Source: Promethearchaeota archaeon | Lineage (GTDB): Archaea; Asgardarchaeota; Lokiarchaeia; Sigyniarchaeales; SOKP01 | Direction: 5' to 3' | Assembly: GCA_011364975.1 (NCBI GenBank) | Contig: RDOE01000003.1 | Location: 14,565-78,564 of the forward strand | Length of the DNA stretch: 64,000 nucleotides | In this document: positions 20,395 to 30,564 of the stretch, piece by piece | Layout of the letters: each line of letters opens with the position of its first letter | Numbering within the stretch: position 1 is the stretch's first letter | Translations under genes and position numbers: made by a program | Notes under the pieces: model-generated | What the model saw: the letters and a program-made list of their open reading frames with translations, nothing else | The model's database searches: none | What the model was told of the DNA's origin: nothing

Positions 20395-21582
20395 TTATTG
20401 GGGATAAATACCTTCTTCTTCACGGGTTGAAACCATTGCTAGGAAATTCTCCAATTTAACTGATGGATTGATGCTATGCCCAGAACTAAATATATATCCA
20501 CCCCCAGGTCCTAAAGCTCTTATTAGCTTCTTAGAATATTCTTTGATAAAAATGGGTTCTTTATCTGCTAAATCTTGAGGAGAAACGTTTCCGATAAAAG
20601 TTACATCATTTCCATATCGTTCATGCAATTTAAAAATATCATATTTTGGGTTAGCTGTTGTGGGTTCAATAGGATGAATTGCATCAAACCCTACTTTTAC
20701 TAAATCACCAAAAATAGGTTCTAAATCTCCGCAGCTGTGAAATAGGACATTAATACCTTTAGAATGACAATAATTGCAAAGTTTTTCGTACCAAGGAAAC
20801 AAGATCTCCTTATAGTTATTAGGATTTGTTAGTAATCCTGATTTAAAGCCAAGGTCATCAAATAACATAATTGCTGTTGATTCGCCCCATTCAATCAATC
20901 TTTTAGCTAATTCTAGTGCGAAATTTCCATATTTATCGATGACCTTTTTTGCGAATTTTTTTCCAATTAATAATTTGCTAAACTGAGTAAACCCAAATGC
21001 TTGCCATGATGATTCAAAAATGCCCCATATAGTTGGTATAACCGCGATATTTCCTTCAAATTCCTTTTCTACCTTTTTCATCATGTCATAAATACGTTTT
21101 CTTCTTGGGTTGTCGGGATCGAGCAAAGAAAATTTCTCAAAATCTTCGAAACTTTTAAAATAACCATCTTTGTAATATGCTATGTCCATATTATCTGATG
21201 GATTTTTTTTCAAATCGAAAATCCTACCATATTCATCAATAAATCCCTCCTTCATACAGAAAGTTGGAAAGAAGATATAGCCAGATAAAGGAATTTGAGC
21301 CAAATCAATTCCTATCTTAGAAAAAAGACCAAGATATTGTTTTATGGTGTTTTTTAGATATGATCGGGATTCAGTAGCAGCTAATATGGTGTTAGTGAAC
21401 TCATCAATTATTCCCCTACAAAGGTTATACGTATCTGCAAAACTCTTTGCCATACCTTGTAAATAGTAACCTTCAGAATAATGATCACAGATTTTTAAAT
21501 TATCTATGGATAATTCGAACCAGGGAATCTTATCCGGTTCTTCATGATCTAGTTCTCTTAAAACTCTATCCCTAGCTTTCAT
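20395..21582 (-). CDS. Uroporphyrinogen decarboxylase/MtaA-CmuA methyltransferase-like family protein
   Basis: RDRV...L.HEEPD.IP, DDLG, FHSCG, GNV and GGGYIFSSGHSI. Confidence 0.8.
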   Translation of the reverse strand: MKARDRVLRELDHEEPDKIPWFELSIDNLKICDHYSEGYYLQGMAKSFADTYNLCRGIIDEFTNTILAATESRSYLKNTIKQYLGLFSKIGIDLAQIPLSGYIFFPTFCMKEGFIDEYGRIFDLKKNPSDNMDIAYYKDGYFKSFEDFEKFSLLDPDNPRRKRIYDMMKKVEKEFEGNIAVIPTIWGIFESSWQAFGFTQFSKLLIGKKFAKKVIDKYGNFALELAKRLIEWGESTAIMLFDDLGFKSGLLTNPNNYKEILFPWYEKLCNYCHSKGINVLFHSCGDLEPIFGDLVKVGFDAIHPIEPTTANPKYDIFKLHERYGNDVTFIGNVSPQDLADKEPIFIKEYSKKLIRALGPGGGYIFSSGHSINPSVKLENFLAMVSTREEEGIYPQ

Positions 21583-21676
21583 ACTTTTATTTATTATATA
21601 TCGTTATTAAACTTAATTTTGCCTAAAAATCGCTCTAAAAAGAATCAATATCTTAAAAATAAAAAAAAAGATTTTT

Positions 21677-22387
21677 TTAATCTTTTAATCCATAATACAT
21701 AAGCCAAAAACTGCTTAAATACCCGATCCTTACAAAAATTATTGTAAATCCTGGTATTGTTAATCCTTCTAATAGTCCAAAAACGCAAAAGCATAGAGAT
21801 CCCATAGAAATGAGGAAAAACTTTTTTTTTAGGATACCAGTTGATTGAAAAGCCTTTATTAAAAATCCAGTACTAAGGAGAACGATAACAGTTAATAAAA
21901 AGAATGCCATCAACATACCTGCTAAAGAAAATATATTAAGATTGTAATCAATTAATCCCTCTCCCAACACTGCTGGGTAAGCAAAATTAAAAGAATCAAA
22001 AGGAGTTGTAATTACTATAATTTCGAAAACAATGCCAAGTATAATAAATAGAGAGACAACATACCATTTTGCTTTAGGAATTAATAATTTTTCTCCTATA
22101 AAAATTGCTGTTATAACCGCTAGAGGAAGCCAGATATAACTTAAAATACCCACCAATCCAAATGTATTATCTAAATTAGTGTGTATAAAAATTACAAGAA
22201 GGAAATCTAAAAATACTCCTAGAAAAGCTAATCCCGCAAATAAATTGGCTAAACCCAAGTAAAATAAGATATTGGCTTTTGTTTTTCTTGATTTATAAAT
22301 AAAGAACAATCCAAAAATTATTCCAAAAATAACTACTCCCGATGCTGTTATTCCATCAATCCAAAAGAAAATGTCAACCATATTCAC
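21677..22387 (-). CDS. Hypothetical seven-TM membrane protein
   Basis: Seven hydrophobic segments and no soluble output domain. Confidence 0.7.
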   Translation of the reverse strand: MNMVDIFFWIDGITASGVVIFGIIFGLFFIYKSRKTKANILFYLGLANLFAGLAFLGVFLDFLLVIFIHTNLDNTFGLVGILSYIWLPLAVITAIFIGEKLLIPKAKWYVVSLFIILGIVFEIIVITTPFDSFNFAYPAVLGEGLIDYNLNIFSLAGMLMAFFLLTVIVLLSTGFLIKAFQSTGILKKKFFLISMGSLCFCVFGLLEGLTIPGFTIIFVRIGYLSSFWLMYYGLKD

Positions 22388-22511
22388 TCACAATAATTTT
22401 TCAATTTTTAAATTATTATAAAAAGCTAAATTTCATTCTTAGAATAATTATGCAAGAACTTTTTTATAAATTCTATTGAAAAAAATTGTTAATCGAAAAG
22501 ATTTTGAAATC

Positions 22512-22823
22512 TCAAAAGGCAGATTTGGGTTTATCTTTCTTCTTTTCCTGGTTTTTATCTTTTTCAAAAAATAAAGACTTTTTCATGTCAAATTCCAAAT
22601 CTCTTAATTTTTTTTTTATTTCAATAGGATTATAATCATGTTTTAAAAGATCGATAATTGTTTCTCGCAAATTCTCTAAATTATCTACTGCACATTGATA
22701 AAAAATGTTACTCTCATCCATGCTCATGTTTAATATTTCATATATTCCTGTTAGAGCGTCTCGAATTTTTTCATAATATTCCCAAGCTTTTTCTACATCT
22801 GATGGATGATCTTCATCTGACAT
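22512..22823 (-). CDS. Hypothetical helical protein
   Basis: 103-aa ORF with ATG start, co-oriented with 22863..23201. Confidence 0.7.
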   Translation of the reverse strand: MSDEDHPSDVEKAWEYYEKIRDALTGIYEILNMSMDESNIFYQCAVDNLENLRETIIDLLKHDYNPIEIKKKLRDLEFDMKKSLFFEKDKNQEKKKDKPKSAF

Positions 22824-22862
22824 AATAAATAAAATAAGGTAAATAAAAAAAAGAAGTTTACT

Positions 22863-23201
22863 TTATAACACAGCTTTTATTTTCTTGGAAAGCTCTTTTG
22901 CTTCTGAATCAGAAGATTCAAGAAGTTTGAATGTTGCTTCTGCATTTACTTTAAGTGCACCATGTAATAACTTTTGAAGTCCAATTCTGGTAGATATTCT
23001 TTCATTTTTTTGTAAGTGAAAAATAACCATTCCTAATTCGTTTTTCAGAGCTCCTTCAGCGGAGTTTAAACAAATATTCAATAAGGCAGGACATACTTCC
23101 TCAATGGTATCCATACTTACATGATTTGCTAAAGTATAAATATCTTTTAATTTCTCATCAGAGAGCTGAGCAACTTTTTCCTGAAGTTTTAACATCGACA
23201 T
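22863..23201 (-). CDS. Hypothetical helical protein
   Basis: 112-aa ORF; ATG preceded by GTGAT. Confidence 0.75.
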   Translation of the reverse strand: MSMLKLQEKVAQLSDEKLKDIYTLANHVSMDTIEEVCPALLNICLNSAEGALKNELGMVIFHLQKNERISTRIGLQKLLHGALKVNAEATFKLLESSDSEAKELSKKIKAVL

Positions 23202-23854
23202 TTTTTTATCACATTTTTTAATTTTTATGACTAAATAATGTAAGAATAATCTAATATTTAAATGTTTTCGGCTAAAATTCTTCGTACTTTTTACGAGATC
23301 GGGAAAAATTTATAAAAAATTACTTTTTTTGAATACTGTTTGACAGAAATCGGAATTATTATTCTTTTTAGGAAAGCTTTCCCATTTTTACTATTTTACA
23401 AAATATTATTATTCTAAAGAAAGCCTTTTTCTGGCATTAACCTAACCTATTTCGGAATACAATCCAGAATTCACGAACGAATCAGTCATATATATCACAA
23501 AAAAAGTTATGAAAAAATGATCACAACTGAATAATTTGGTGCTTAAAATTATATAAATAATGCAAACATTTTTTATAGGCAATTAAAATTGAACAAATTA
23601 TGTACTAAAGTATAAACTAAATAAAAACGTGATTTAAAGGGATAATCATATAAGATAATAAAAAAGAAATCGATAATTTTTTTCATTTTTGATGATATAA
23701 AGTATATAAATTTAGGTTTTAAGAAAGAATTGAAAAATATTTATTTATGAATACAAAAATTTACTAACTATTCACTGTAAATATCAATTTTTCTTTTTAT
23801 ATTATTAAAATTCTCTAATAAATCTATTTATAAAATCTTAAATTCCAATGTATT

Positions 23855-25351
23855 ATGAAAGAATATAGTATCTCTCAAATACAAGAATTAATGCATAAAC
23901 ATAAAATTTCAGGTAAGCAATTAGTACAACAATTTCTGGACAGAATTAATACAATTGATAAAAGTGGACCTAATCTAAATTCAGTTATTGAACTTAATCC
24001 CGATGCTTTAATTATTGCTGAAAATCTTGATAAGGAGAGAGAAAAAAACCAAATACGTAGCCCATTACACGGTATTCCTATTTTAATAAAGGATAATATC
24101 AATACCGCCGATAAAATGATGACGACAGCTGGTTCAATGGCTCTTCAAGGACATATTGCCACGGAAGATGCATTTATAGTTAAAAAGCTTCGAACTGCCG
24201 GTGCTGTTATTTTAGGTAAAACTAACTTAAGTGAATGGGCAAATTTTCGTTCTATACGATCAACTTCAGGATGGTGTTCCCGAGGGGGTCAAACAAAGAA
24301 TCCTTATTGCCTTAATCGTAGTCCTTGCGGTTCAAGTTCTGGCTCTGCTGTAGCAGTCGCTGCTAATCTCTGTACGGCCGCAATTGGTACTGAAACTGAT
24401 GGATCTATTATATGTCCATCACAAGTAAATTCTATCGTAGGTATTAAACCTACAGTAGGCCTTATAAGTCGTACTGGGATAATTCCTATTTCCCATAATC
24501 AGGACACTGCGGGACCTATGGCGAGAACTGTTACTGATGCCGCAATACTCCTAACAATCCTGATTGGGGAAGACCATCAAGATTCAAAAACAATTAAATT
24601 AACCAATAAATTGCCTAAAGATTATATGGAATTTTTAGATATAGATGGGTTAAAAGGGACAAGAATAGGCGTTGCAAGAAACTATTTTGGAAAAAATAAT
24701 CTCGTAGATCAGATAATGGAAAAATCAATAGAAGTAATGCAATCCCAAGGTGCTATTATAATTGATCCTACGGACATTACGACCTTGAATGGTATAGAAG
24801 AGCCAGAAATTCAAGTTCTTCATTTTGACTTTAAGCATGATATTAATGAGTATCTGGGTAAAATAAAATCAAAAGGATATCCTAAAAATCTAAAAGAACT
24901 CATTCAATTTAATAATGAACATAAGAATGAAGTGATGCCTTATTTTGGTCAAGAATTACTTTTAGAAGCTGAACAAAAAGGCTCATTAGATTGTGAGGAA
25001 TATAAAACTGCCCTTGAATTATGTCATCGTTATTCAAGAAAAGAAGGCATTGATGCCGTACTAAACGAGTATCAACTCGATGCCATTATTGCACCAAGTG
25101 GTGGACCAAGTTGGTTAATTGATTATATTAACGGTGATCATTTCACTGGAGGGAGTTCCTCAATAGCTGCAGTTGCTGGGTATCCAAATATAACCGTTCC
25201 TGCAGGATATGTTTTTGGACTTCCTATCGGAATCTCTTTTTTTGGAGGCCAGTTTCAAGAACCAAAGCTTTTGAAAATAGCTTATGCTTTTGAACAAGTT
25301 ACAAATATCCGGAAACCCCCTAAATTCTTAAACGCGATTGAATTTAATTAA
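23855..25351 (+). CDS. Amidase signature family protein
   Basis: PLHGIPILIKDNI, GKTNLSEWANF, GSSSGS and GTETDGSIICPS. Confidence 0.95.
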   Translation: MKEYSISQIQELMHKHKISGKQLVQQFLDRINTIDKSGPNLNSVIELNPDALIIAENLDKEREKNQIRSPLHGIPILIKDNINTADKMMTTAGSMALQGHIATEDAFIVKKLRTAGAVILGKTNLSEWANFRSIRSTSGWCSRGGQTKNPYCLNRSPCGSSSGSAVAVAANLCTAAIGTETDGSIICPSQVNSIVGIKPTVGLISRTGIIPISHNQDTAGPMARTVTDAAILLTILIGEDHQDSKTIKLTNKLPKDYMEFLDIDGLKGTRIGVARNYFGKNNLVDQIMEKSIEVMQSQGAIIIDPTDITTLNGIEEPEIQVLHFDFKHDINEYLGKIKSKGYPKNLKELIQFNNEHKNEVMPYFGQELLLEAEQKGSLDCEEYKTALELCHRYSRKEGIDAVLNEYQLDAIIAPSGGPSWLIDYINGDHFTGGSSSIAAVAGYPNITVPAGYVFGLPIGISFFGGQFQEPKLLKIAYAFEQVTNIRKPPKFLNAIEFN

Positions 25352-25448
25352 ATGTTGATATTATTAAAATATCTAAGCTAATCGCATTTTTATTATAAAC
25401 TTACTAGTTTTTCAAAAGTTTAATAGAGCTCATTATATTAATGTAAAT

Positions 25449-26558
25449 ATGAGTCATATGGAATATGATAATCTTGCAGAATTAGTCGTTAAATACTCTG
25501 TTAAAGTTGAAAAAGGAGATAGAGTTCTATTAGAGGGTCCAACATTAGCTAAAGAACTTATCCAAGCACTATATGTACAAATTCTCAAAGCTGGAGGGCA
25601 TCCATTAGTAAACTTAGAATTTGAAGGACGTCAAGAGTTATTTTTTAAATTTGCCTCTATTGAACAATTGGAATATATTGATGAAGTTCGTCAAAAAATG
25701 ATAGAAGAATTTAATTGTTTTATAAGAATTAATGCTGATTATAATCCTAAAAAGCTATCTCTTGTAGATACAAAATTATTAACACTTTTTGGTACTGCTC
25801 CAGCCCGTAGAAAACTAAACGAAACATATATTAATCGTATAGCAAATGGTGATTTAAGATGGGTTTATGTTCCATATCCTTGCCAATCCTATGCCCAAGA
25901 AGCTTCTATGGATTTATTCTCCTATACTGAATTTGTAAAAGAGACTTTATTTCTTGATCGAGAAAATCCTATAGAAGAATGGCAAACCCTAGAAAAGAAT
26001 CAAGAAAAAATTGTAAATTATCTTCAAAATTGTGAATCTTTTCATATTATCGGAGAGGATACCAGTTTAGAACTAAAAATAAAAGGTAGAATTTGGAAGA
26101 ATTCTTGTGGCCATGAAAATTTACCAGATGGTGAGATTTTTACTTCTCCATTAGATAATTCTGTCAATGGACAAATAAGATTTTCATATCCTGGAATTTA
26201 TTCTGGGAAAGAAATTGAAAATATTTTTCTGAAATTTAACGATGGAAAAGTAATTCAAGCCACTGCAGACAAAGGAAATGATTTTCTCCATGAAATTTTA
26301 GAAATTGAAAATGCCAATGTTCTAGGGGAGTTTGCATTTGGTACAAATTATGGAATAACTAGGTTTACAAAAAATATGGCCTTTGATGAGAAAATGGGGG
26401 GTACAATCCATTGTGCTTTAGGATTAGCTTTTCCAGAATGTGGGGGTACAAACAAAAGCGCTATTCATTGGGATCTCCTTAAAGATATGAAACCTTCAGG
26501 ATCGAAAGTTATTGCTGACGGGAAAGTAATCTATGAGGAAGGGAAATTTCTAATTTAA
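25449..26558 (+). CDS. Aminopeptidase, M29 (AmpS/AmpT) family
   Basis: NLPDGEIFTSP, GEFAFG, FDEKMGGTIHCALG and SAIHWD. Confidence 0.93.
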   Translation: MSHMEYDNLAELVVKYSVKVEKGDRVLLEGPTLAKELIQALYVQILKAGGHPLVNLEFEGRQELFFKFASIEQLEYIDEVRQKMIEEFNCFIRINADYNPKKLSLVDTKLLTLFGTAPARRKLNETYINRIANGDLRWVYVPYPCQSYAQEASMDLFSYTEFVKETLFLDRENPIEEWQTLEKNQEKIVNYLQNCESFHIIGEDTSLELKIKGRIWKNSCGHENLPDGEIFTSPLDNSVNGQIRFSYPGIYSGKEIENIFLKFNDGKVIQATADKGNDFLHEILEIENANVLGEFAFGTNYGITRFTKNMAFDEKMGGTIHCALGLAFPECGGTNKSAIHWDLLKDMKPSGSKVIADGKVIYEEGKFLI

Positions 26559-27170
26559 AAAGAGGAATTCAAGAGAAATCTTAAAACAACCCTTTAAAAA
26601 ATCAAAAAAAACAAAAATACTCGAGTAGTAGAAGTTACAAAAGATTTAAAAGCATCTCCTATAAAATTCTCCTCCATTGGATTTCTACTTGGTGGCCTTG
26701 CGGTACTCTTGGCAAACATCATTCCAAATATTCTCAATATTTAATTTTTTAAATTTTTTCGTTTTACTTCATCTGATTTTTTTAAATTACACTTTAGTTA
26801 CAGAATTATTTTTCATGGGTGATTATTAGTAGATTAATAATATTAAAAATGCTTAAAAAAGAACTCTTTGAGCTTTCTTTTTCTATTGAAATTGAAGAAT
26901 TTCCAATTTTCAAGTTTTTTTCTTTTTTTTACATAAAGTTATAGATAAATTCGTGTGAAAAATCCTTTAATTTAATCATAAAAATCCATAAAATAGATCA
27001 TAAATATCTATTACGATCATTTAGATTTTGAATTATCCAAAATCAATTGCCCTTTTCAAATGGTAGATAATTTTTTTTATCAAAATTTTGTTTATGATAA
27101 TAAATAATAATAAATACTTTCATTAATTTTTTTTTCATAATACTATTAAAAAAAAATTGAGGATATTAAA

Positions 27171-27836
27171 ATGACCATTATAACAACAAAAAAACCTTTT
27201 GAGGAGGTTTTAGGAGCCATCAAGAATGCAAAGAGATTAACGATCGTATCTTGTGGATCCTGTGCAGCGATGTGTCAAACCGGAGGAACAGAAGGAGCGA
27301 AAGAGATGGCTGATAAGCTTGAGAAAGAGGGTTTTCAAATCACTACAGTTATTGTTCCAGAGGAAGTATGCGATAATCGTGTTATGAAGCAAGATTTCCG
27401 TAAAATTGAAGAAGATCTAGAAAATACCGACGCTATCTTAACTTTAAGTTGTGGTCTTGGCGTAGCTAGCATAACAGAAGTGCTAAGTAAAAAGTTTCCG
27501 AATATTCCAGTATTTATTGGCACCAACACGGAGTTTATGGGCATGACGGAGCGCATCGGAAGATTTTTTATGCGTTGTCGAGGGTGTGGTGATTGTCTTC
27601 TCAATGAAACTGGAGGAATTTGTCCTATTACAACTTGTGCGAAATCTCTCATGAATGGGCCCTGCGGTGGTATGGTAGATGGAAAATGTGAGGTTGGAAA
27701 GTACGAAAAAGATTGTGGCTGGATTTTAATTTATAATCGATTGAAAGAATTAGGCCGATTAGATTTTTTCGAAAAATTAAGAGACCCAGTTGATTGGAGC
27801 GAATCTGGGCATCAAAGAGAAGTAGTATGGAGGTAG
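27171..27836 (+). CDS. metV: MetV, second copy
   Basis: CGSCA..C.TGG, SCGLG and CRGCGDC....TGGICP...CAKSL.NGPCGG..DGKCEV. Confidence 0.92.
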   Translation: MTIITTKKPFEEVLGAIKNAKRLTIVSCGSCAAMCQTGGTEGAKEMADKLEKEGFQITTVIVPEEVCDNRVMKQDFRKIEEDLENTDAILTLSCGLGVASITEVLSKKFPNIPVFIGTNTEFMGMTERIGRFFMRCRGCGDCLLNETGGICPITTCAKSLMNGPCGGMVDGKCEVGKYEKDCGWILIYNRLKELGRLDFFEKLRDPVDWSESGHQREVVWR

Positions 27837-27844
27837 ATAAAAAA

Positions 27845-28783
27845 ATGGGAGAAAAAAAGTTTTTTTCTAAGTTGGGAGAAGCTTTATCTAAAGGAGACTT
27901 TATTCTCACTGGTGAATTAGAACCAGAAAAAACTACTGATCTTAGCCATACAGTCGAAGAAGCTAGAGAAATGGCTCCTTATGTTGTTGCCGCTAATGTT
28001 ACTGACAGCCCCTTAGGAATTGTGACTATAAATAGTATGGCTGCATCTCATATTATTCAGAGTGAAACTGGGCTAGAATGCATCTGGCAATTGACTGTTA
28101 GAGATGTAAATAAGTTAGGAATTGTGGGCATGCTTATGGGGGGTCATGCGTTAGGATTGAGAAACATTCTTTCTCTTACTGGGGATCATACAGCGTTAGG
28201 TGATATGCCTGAATCCAAACCAGTATTTGATCTCGATTCAGCCACCTTAGTTAAGCTCGTACGAGAGGTGGTTGATAAAGGAACAATTAACGGTCATGAG
28301 ATAGAGCATCCTCCCACCATTCATGTGGGGGCTGCTGCGAATCCCAATGCTAATCCAATGGATGCAGAGGTATTAAAAATAAAAAGAAAGGCACAAGCAG
28401 GAGCTGAATTTTTACAAACTCAAGTGGTATATGACCTAGATAAAACTATCGAATTTTTATCCGCAATAAAAAAGTATAATGTTCCTATTTTACTTGGAAT
28501 CTTCCCAATGAAAAGCTATGCAATTGCCAAAGGTTTTGATGAGTTTGTCCCCGGTGTAAGTGTCCCAAAAGATATATTAGCTCGATGGAAGGGTATTAAA
28601 AACGATTACTCTACTGACAAGAAAATGATGAATGAAGTTTATGACCAAGCAAATTATGAATTTTTCAAACCATTTATTACGGAGCTAAGAAAGAAAAAAC
28701 TTCTCGATGGAATCCATTGTATGGCGGTTCATTACCCTAGAATCTTTCCCAAGTTGACGGAAGTAATCAAAAATACTAATTAA
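27845..28783 (+). CDS. metF: MetF, second copy
   Basis: TGELEP, NVTDSP, RD.N, LTGDH and FLQTQ; likely ATG 27845 behind GGAGGT. Confidence 0.92.
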   Translation: MGEKKFFSKLGEALSKGDFILTGELEPEKTTDLSHTVEEAREMAPYVVAANVTDSPLGIVTINSMAASHIIQSETGLECIWQLTVRDVNKLGIVGMLMGGHALGLRNILSLTGDHTALGDMPESKPVFDLDSATLVKLVREVVDKGTINGHEIEHPPTIHVGAAANPNANPMDAEVLKIKRKAQAGAEFLQTQVVYDLDKTIEFLSAIKKYNVPILLGIFPMKSYAIAKGFDEFVPGVSVPKDILARWKGIKNDYSTDKKMMNEVYDQANYEFFKPFITELRKKKLLDGIHCMAVHYPRIFPKLTEVIKNTN

Positions 28784-28835
28784 CCAAAATTATAATATAC
28801 TAAACTTAGTTTTGGTTAACTTAATCTCTTTTTTT
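28780..28835 (+). terminator. Possible terminator hairpin plus T tract after the second metF
   Basis: TTAACCAAAA (28780-28789) and TTTTGGTTAA (28810-28819) form an inverted repeat, followed by a T run. Confidence 0.35.
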
Positions 28836-28919
28836 ATATTTTATAATAATATTATTTAAATCAACCTGCAAGATTGATATTTTAAATAAAAATTTAAATA
28901 TTTATTGAATGTGAATATA

Positions 28920-30056
28920 ATGTTTCAAGACATTAATGAGGAAACTATATTTTTACTAAAAGTCGGATTTGAGCGCTCTCCAAATTCTCAAGTGTTAGCC
29001 GAGTATAGAAACGGAGATGTGCATATTTTAAAGGTCAATAAAGCGTTTACAGAATTTTATGGGTATAGTCAAGATGAGGTGTTAGATGGAAACCCTAGAA
29101 TTTTGAATTCAAATAAGCAGGACCCACATTTTTTCATAACTATGTGGGATGCCATTTTAGATCCCAAGATTGGGTTTTGGAGGGATGAAATTATAAACAA
29201 GCGTAAGGATGGCAGTTTGATCAATGTAATTCTCACCATTAACACTATTTTTGATGAAGATAACTCTCCAAAATATTTTACTGCCTATCATGTTGATATT
29301 ACCAAACGAAAGATTGCTGAAGAAAAGTTGAGGAAATCAGAAGAAAAGTATCATTTAGCATATGAGCAAGCAGATTTATATAAAGATATCGTAGCTCATG
29401 ATATTAATAATGTGTTACAAGTTATCAAATCTTCGCTAGAATTAAGTTCTTTATATTTTAATTCTCCAGAGAAAATGAGTAAAATAAAGGAATTATATGA
29501 GATTATGGAGGAACAAGTTATTCGAGGTTCTAATATTATTTCAAATGTAGTTAAATTATCTGAACTCGATAAGGAACAAATTCTATCCGAAAAAGTTGAA
29601 AGTATAAATTTTCTAAAGAGATCAATAACTTACATAAAAGAAAGTTATCCAAGTAGAGAAATAAAAATTCAAACAAATTTCTATAAAGAAAGTGTTTACG
29701 TTTTAGCGAATAATTTGCTGTTAGATGTGTTTGAGAATCTTTTAATTAATTCAATTAGACATAATGATAATCTAACTATTGAATTATTCGTTAAAGTCTC
29801 ACCCATAGTAAAGGAAGGAAAAAATTATATTCTTTTTGAAATCAGCGATAACGGACGGGGAATTAACGATGAAAGAAAGCCAATTATATTTGAACATAGA
29901 AAAAATTTAAGAACTAAAACTATGGGAATGGGTTTAGGTTTATCTCTTGTGAAAAAGATAATTAATTCCTATAATGGGAGTATTTGGGTAGAGGATAGGG
30001 TAAAAGGAGCTTACCAAAAAGGAAGCTCATTTAAATTTTTAATTCCAGAAGCTTAA
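28920..30056 (+). CDS. PAS-domain sensor histidine kinase (orphan)
   Basis: PAS VNKAFTEFYGYS..EV.G.NPRIL; H-box HDINN, N-box NLLINSIRHN, DNGRGI and GMGLGL; no response regulator nearby. Confidence 0.92.
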   Translation: MFQDINEETIFLLKVGFERSPNSQVLAEYRNGDVHILKVNKAFTEFYGYSQDEVLDGNPRILNSNKQDPHFFITMWDAILDPKIGFWRDEIINKRKDGSLINVILTINTIFDEDNSPKYFTAYHVDITKRKIAEEKLRKSEEKYHLAYEQADLYKDIVAHDINNVLQVIKSSLELSSLYFNSPEKMSKIKELYEIMEEQVIRGSNIISNVVKLSELDKEQILSEKVESINFLKRSITYIKESYPSREIKIQTNFYKESVYVLANNLLLDVFENLLINSIRHNDNLTIELFVKVSPIVKEGKNYILFEISDNGRGINDERKPIIFEHRKNLRTKTMGMGLGLSLVKKIINSYNGSIWVEDRVKGAYQKGSSFKFLIPEA

Positions 30057-30564
30057 TTAATTTCATTTTTGCTTTAAGAAAATTGGTACCCTCTCTTAAA
30101 ACACTTCTGCTAATATTTTAAAGCATAATTACAGTTTATAGGAATTTAAATATCATGAATTGGATTTGTAAATATCTATCCTATTGAATGAAATAAATTT
30201 AATAGCATAGTTATCCTATGATATTGATAGAGAAGCTTAGAATTCTAATGGTTAGTATTATTAAGTTAAATAAATTTAAAAATATGATAATAATATCATC
30301 CCTAGCCATCCCGCATTTATAAGATAATTTCCTATTTGGTTAAAATATCAAAATTATTTTGATAAGCAACTGGCATCACGAATAAATGAGCCCTTTATGA
30401 ATTTATGAATTATTGGTTAGATAATGATTATTATTAGAACAATTAGGTTTCTATTCGTGATTTCAGAAAGGTACGTAATTTACTATATCTTCTTTAGCAA
30501 AGCTTGATTTATCTTTTAAATCATTACTAAAAACTTTAAAAGTAATCTCAATACCATATGAAAT

